NCBI RefSeq assembly: GCF_043950205.1
Contig: NZ_CP171642.1
Span: 7,356,294-7,380,293, forward strand
DNA length: 24,000 nt
Origin: Kitasatospora hibisci
Lineage (GTDB): Bacteria > Actinomycetota > Actinomycetes > Streptomycetales > Streptomycetaceae
Reading direction: 5' to 3'
Positions 22,439 to 24,000 of this stretch are shown in pieces (position 1 is the first letter of the stretch; every line of letters begins with the position of its first letter). The position numbers were made by a program, and so were the translations under genes. A model generated the notes under the pieces. The model made no database searches. It was not told the DNA's origin and saw nothing but the letters and a program-made list of their open reading frames with translations.

Positions 22439-22845
22439 CCGTCCGTCCTCCCGTCCCGGTCGGCCCGGCGTCGGGGCCGGCCCTGTCCGTGACCGATCGG
22501 GCGCCGACTGCCGCCCGGGGTGGCCGGGCGCATCCCGTGCCCCGGCCGTGGCCCAACGTAGGGGCTGCGGGGGGCGGAGTGGATGACGGTCGGCACCGAA
22601 AGACTTGGGAGGTCCGGGACCTCTCGGTCCCGAGGGGTCGGTCCGGTGACCGGTGGCGGAGGGCGCCGGGGAGAGCCTGCGGGCGGTCCCGGTGCGCGTC
22701 GGCCCGTCGGCCCGCGTCACCGACGCGTGGCGGGGAACCGTGAGGCTGCGCCGGACGGAGGTGACGCAGGGCGGCGGCCGGGGCCGAGCCGTCGGCGGCC
22801 GAGCGGATTCACGAGTGGCCGCACGGGTGAACGGTCGTCAGATGC

Positions 22846-24000
22846 TCAACCCGCCAGTGGGAATTCGCACCAGACGTTCTTGCCGCTGCCGAGCGGCTCC
22901 ACACCCCAGTTCCCGGCGAGGGCGTCCACCAGCAGCAGGCCACGGCCCGAGGTGGCGGTCTCGCCGGGGGCCCGACGGTGAGGCAGGGCGCTGGAGCGGT
23001 CCTGGATCTCCAGCCGGATGCAGGGGGTGCTCCCGGTCCGCAGTTCCATGGTGAGCAGGGCGCCCCCGTCGGTGTGCACCAGGGCGTTGGTGATCAGTTC
23101 GTCCGCAGTCAGTTCGACGTCGGACAGCAGGTCCGTCGCGCCCCACGCGGCCAGGGCCTGGCGGAGCACGGCCCTGGTCTGAGCCAGCCCTTCCGGATCG
23201 GCCTGGTGGACGTGCTGGGTCAGCTGCCTGGTGGCGTGGGCGCCGGGTACGGCTGCGCGGTGCAGCAGCAGGAGGGCCATGTCGTCGCTGCTGCCGAGGC
23301 GGTTCGGGTGGCCGCCGCAGAGGTGGTCGGCGAGCGCCTCGGTGTCGGTCGGCCCGGCGCGCATGGCGGCGGCGAGGTCCTCGATGCCGTCCGCGATGTC
23401 CCGGCCGGGGTGCTCGACCATGCCGTCGGTGCACAGGAGCAGGGTGTCCGAGGGAGCGAGGTCGAGGCGGGTCTCGGGGTAACCGTCCTGGCCGAACACC
23501 GTGGCCACGCCGAGCGGCAGACCACCGCGGACGCTGGCCCAGCCGGTGCGGCCGGTGCTGTGCCGCACGAGTGGTTCGAGGTGGCCGGCCCGGACCAGGC
23601 GCAGTGTGCCGGTCTCCAGGTCGGCGTCGACGTAGATACAGGTCGCGGACCGCTCGGTGTCGAGCTCGGCGAGGAACCCGGAAGCGCGGGCCATGACCGT
23701 CGCGGGAGCGTGCCCCTCGGTTGCGTAGGCCCGCAGGGCTATCCTCAACTGACCCATGACGGCGGCCGCGTGGCTGTCGTGCCCCTCCACGTCGCCGACC
23801 ACGAGACCCACCCGCCGACCGGGCAGAGGGATGACGTCGTACCAGTCTCCGCCCACCTCGCGTCCGCTGCGGCCGGCGCGGTAGCGGACGGCCACCTCGC
23901 CGCCGTCGATCTCGGGGATGCGGCGCGGCAGCATGGTGGTCTGCAGCGTGGTCGCGAATTCGCGTTCCTGGTCGAAGAGCATGGCGCGTTGCAGGGACTG
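22846..24000 (-). CDS. PP2C/SpoIIE-type Ser/Thr phosphatase domain fused to a C-terminal HATPase_c (RsbW/SpoIIAB-like anti-sigma kinase) domain; 5' end outside window
   Basis: Track ORF 22846..23982; the frame stays open to base 24000 (..QSLQRAMLFDQE..). PP2C motifs GGDWYDV, VVGDVEGHD, LLLCTDGMVEH. HATPase motifs ADELITNALVH and GRGLLLVDALAGNWG. Confidence 0.85.
   Translation of the reverse strand, partial: QSLQRAMLFDQEREFATTLQTTMLPRRIPEIDGGEVAVRYRAGRSGREVGGDWYDVIPLPGRRVGLVVGDVEGHDSHAAAVMGQLRIALRAYATEGHAPATVMARASGFLAELDTERSATCIYVDADLETGTLRLVRAGHLEPLVRHSTGRTGWASVRGGLPLGVATVFGQDGYPETRLDLAPSDTLLLCTDGMVEHPGRDIADGIEDLAAAMRAGPTDTEALADHLCGGHPNRLGSSDDMALLLLHRAAVPGAHATRQLTQHVHQADPEGLAQTRAVLRQALAAWGATDLLSDVELTADELITNALVHTDGGALLTMELRTGSTPCIRLEIQDRSSALPHRRAPGETATSGRGLLLVDALAGNWGVEPLGSGKNVWCEFPLAG

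Noticed and set aside
20038-22720. Long N-terminal extensions suggested by track ORFs 18568..21300 (910 aa), 20049..22328 (759 aa) and 22019..22720 (233 aa)
   Set aside because: The extensions are low-complexity read-through of another gene's alternative frame or of intergenic DNA. Internal starts at 20037, 21581 and 22438 have ribosome-binding sites and give proper signal peptides or N-termini. The same reasoning shortened 726.., 2777.., 5340.., 6365.., 10365.., 13667.. and 14905..16752.
1-24000. TTA (bldA-dependent) codons in the regulators or lytic genes
   Set aside because: Scanning the few tta/taa trinucleotides seen, none falls in frame as a Leu codon in the called CDSs. The ones found are the TAA stop at 5797-5799 and out-of-frame or intergenic occurrences.

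Overview
Very GC-rich, densely coding actinomycete-type DNA with Streptomycetaceae-like codon usage (GC not computed). I recognise no rRNA, tRNA, CRISPR array or transposase. There are three blocks. (1) 1-10220, plus strand: a translationally coupled aromatic-acid catabolic operon that looks like a CoA-dependent salicylate->gentisate route. It encodes an aryl-CoA ligase fused to a hotdog thioesterase, a salicylyl-CoA 5-hydroxylase-type two-domain flavoprotein, a nitrilase, gentisate 1,2-dioxygenase, an FAH-family hydrolase and maleate isomerase, followed by a PaaX-type regulator and a YtcJ-like amidohydrolase. (2) 10271-14866, plus strand: three secreted hydrolases (cutinase-like, penicillin/AHL-acylase family, esterase). 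Two transcription units here are preceded by the same 22-bp element built from TCATCGG heptamers 11 bp apart. (3) 14905-24000, minus strand: a LuxR-HTH::SARP regulator, a Ser/Thr kinase and an FHA-like protein, then the most unusual part. This is two tandem, probably co-transcribed secreted cell-wall hydrolases, one M23 peptidase and one lysozyme/SLT-like. Each ends in a nearly identical 7-bladed Trp-rich propeller encoded by a ~1 kb direct repeat with a 1481-bp period. A small unknown protein and a PP2C::HATPase signalling protein (cut by the window end) follow. All product calls come from motifs read by eye in the supplied translations; no database search or computation was possible, and coordinates I derived myself may be off by 1-2 nt.
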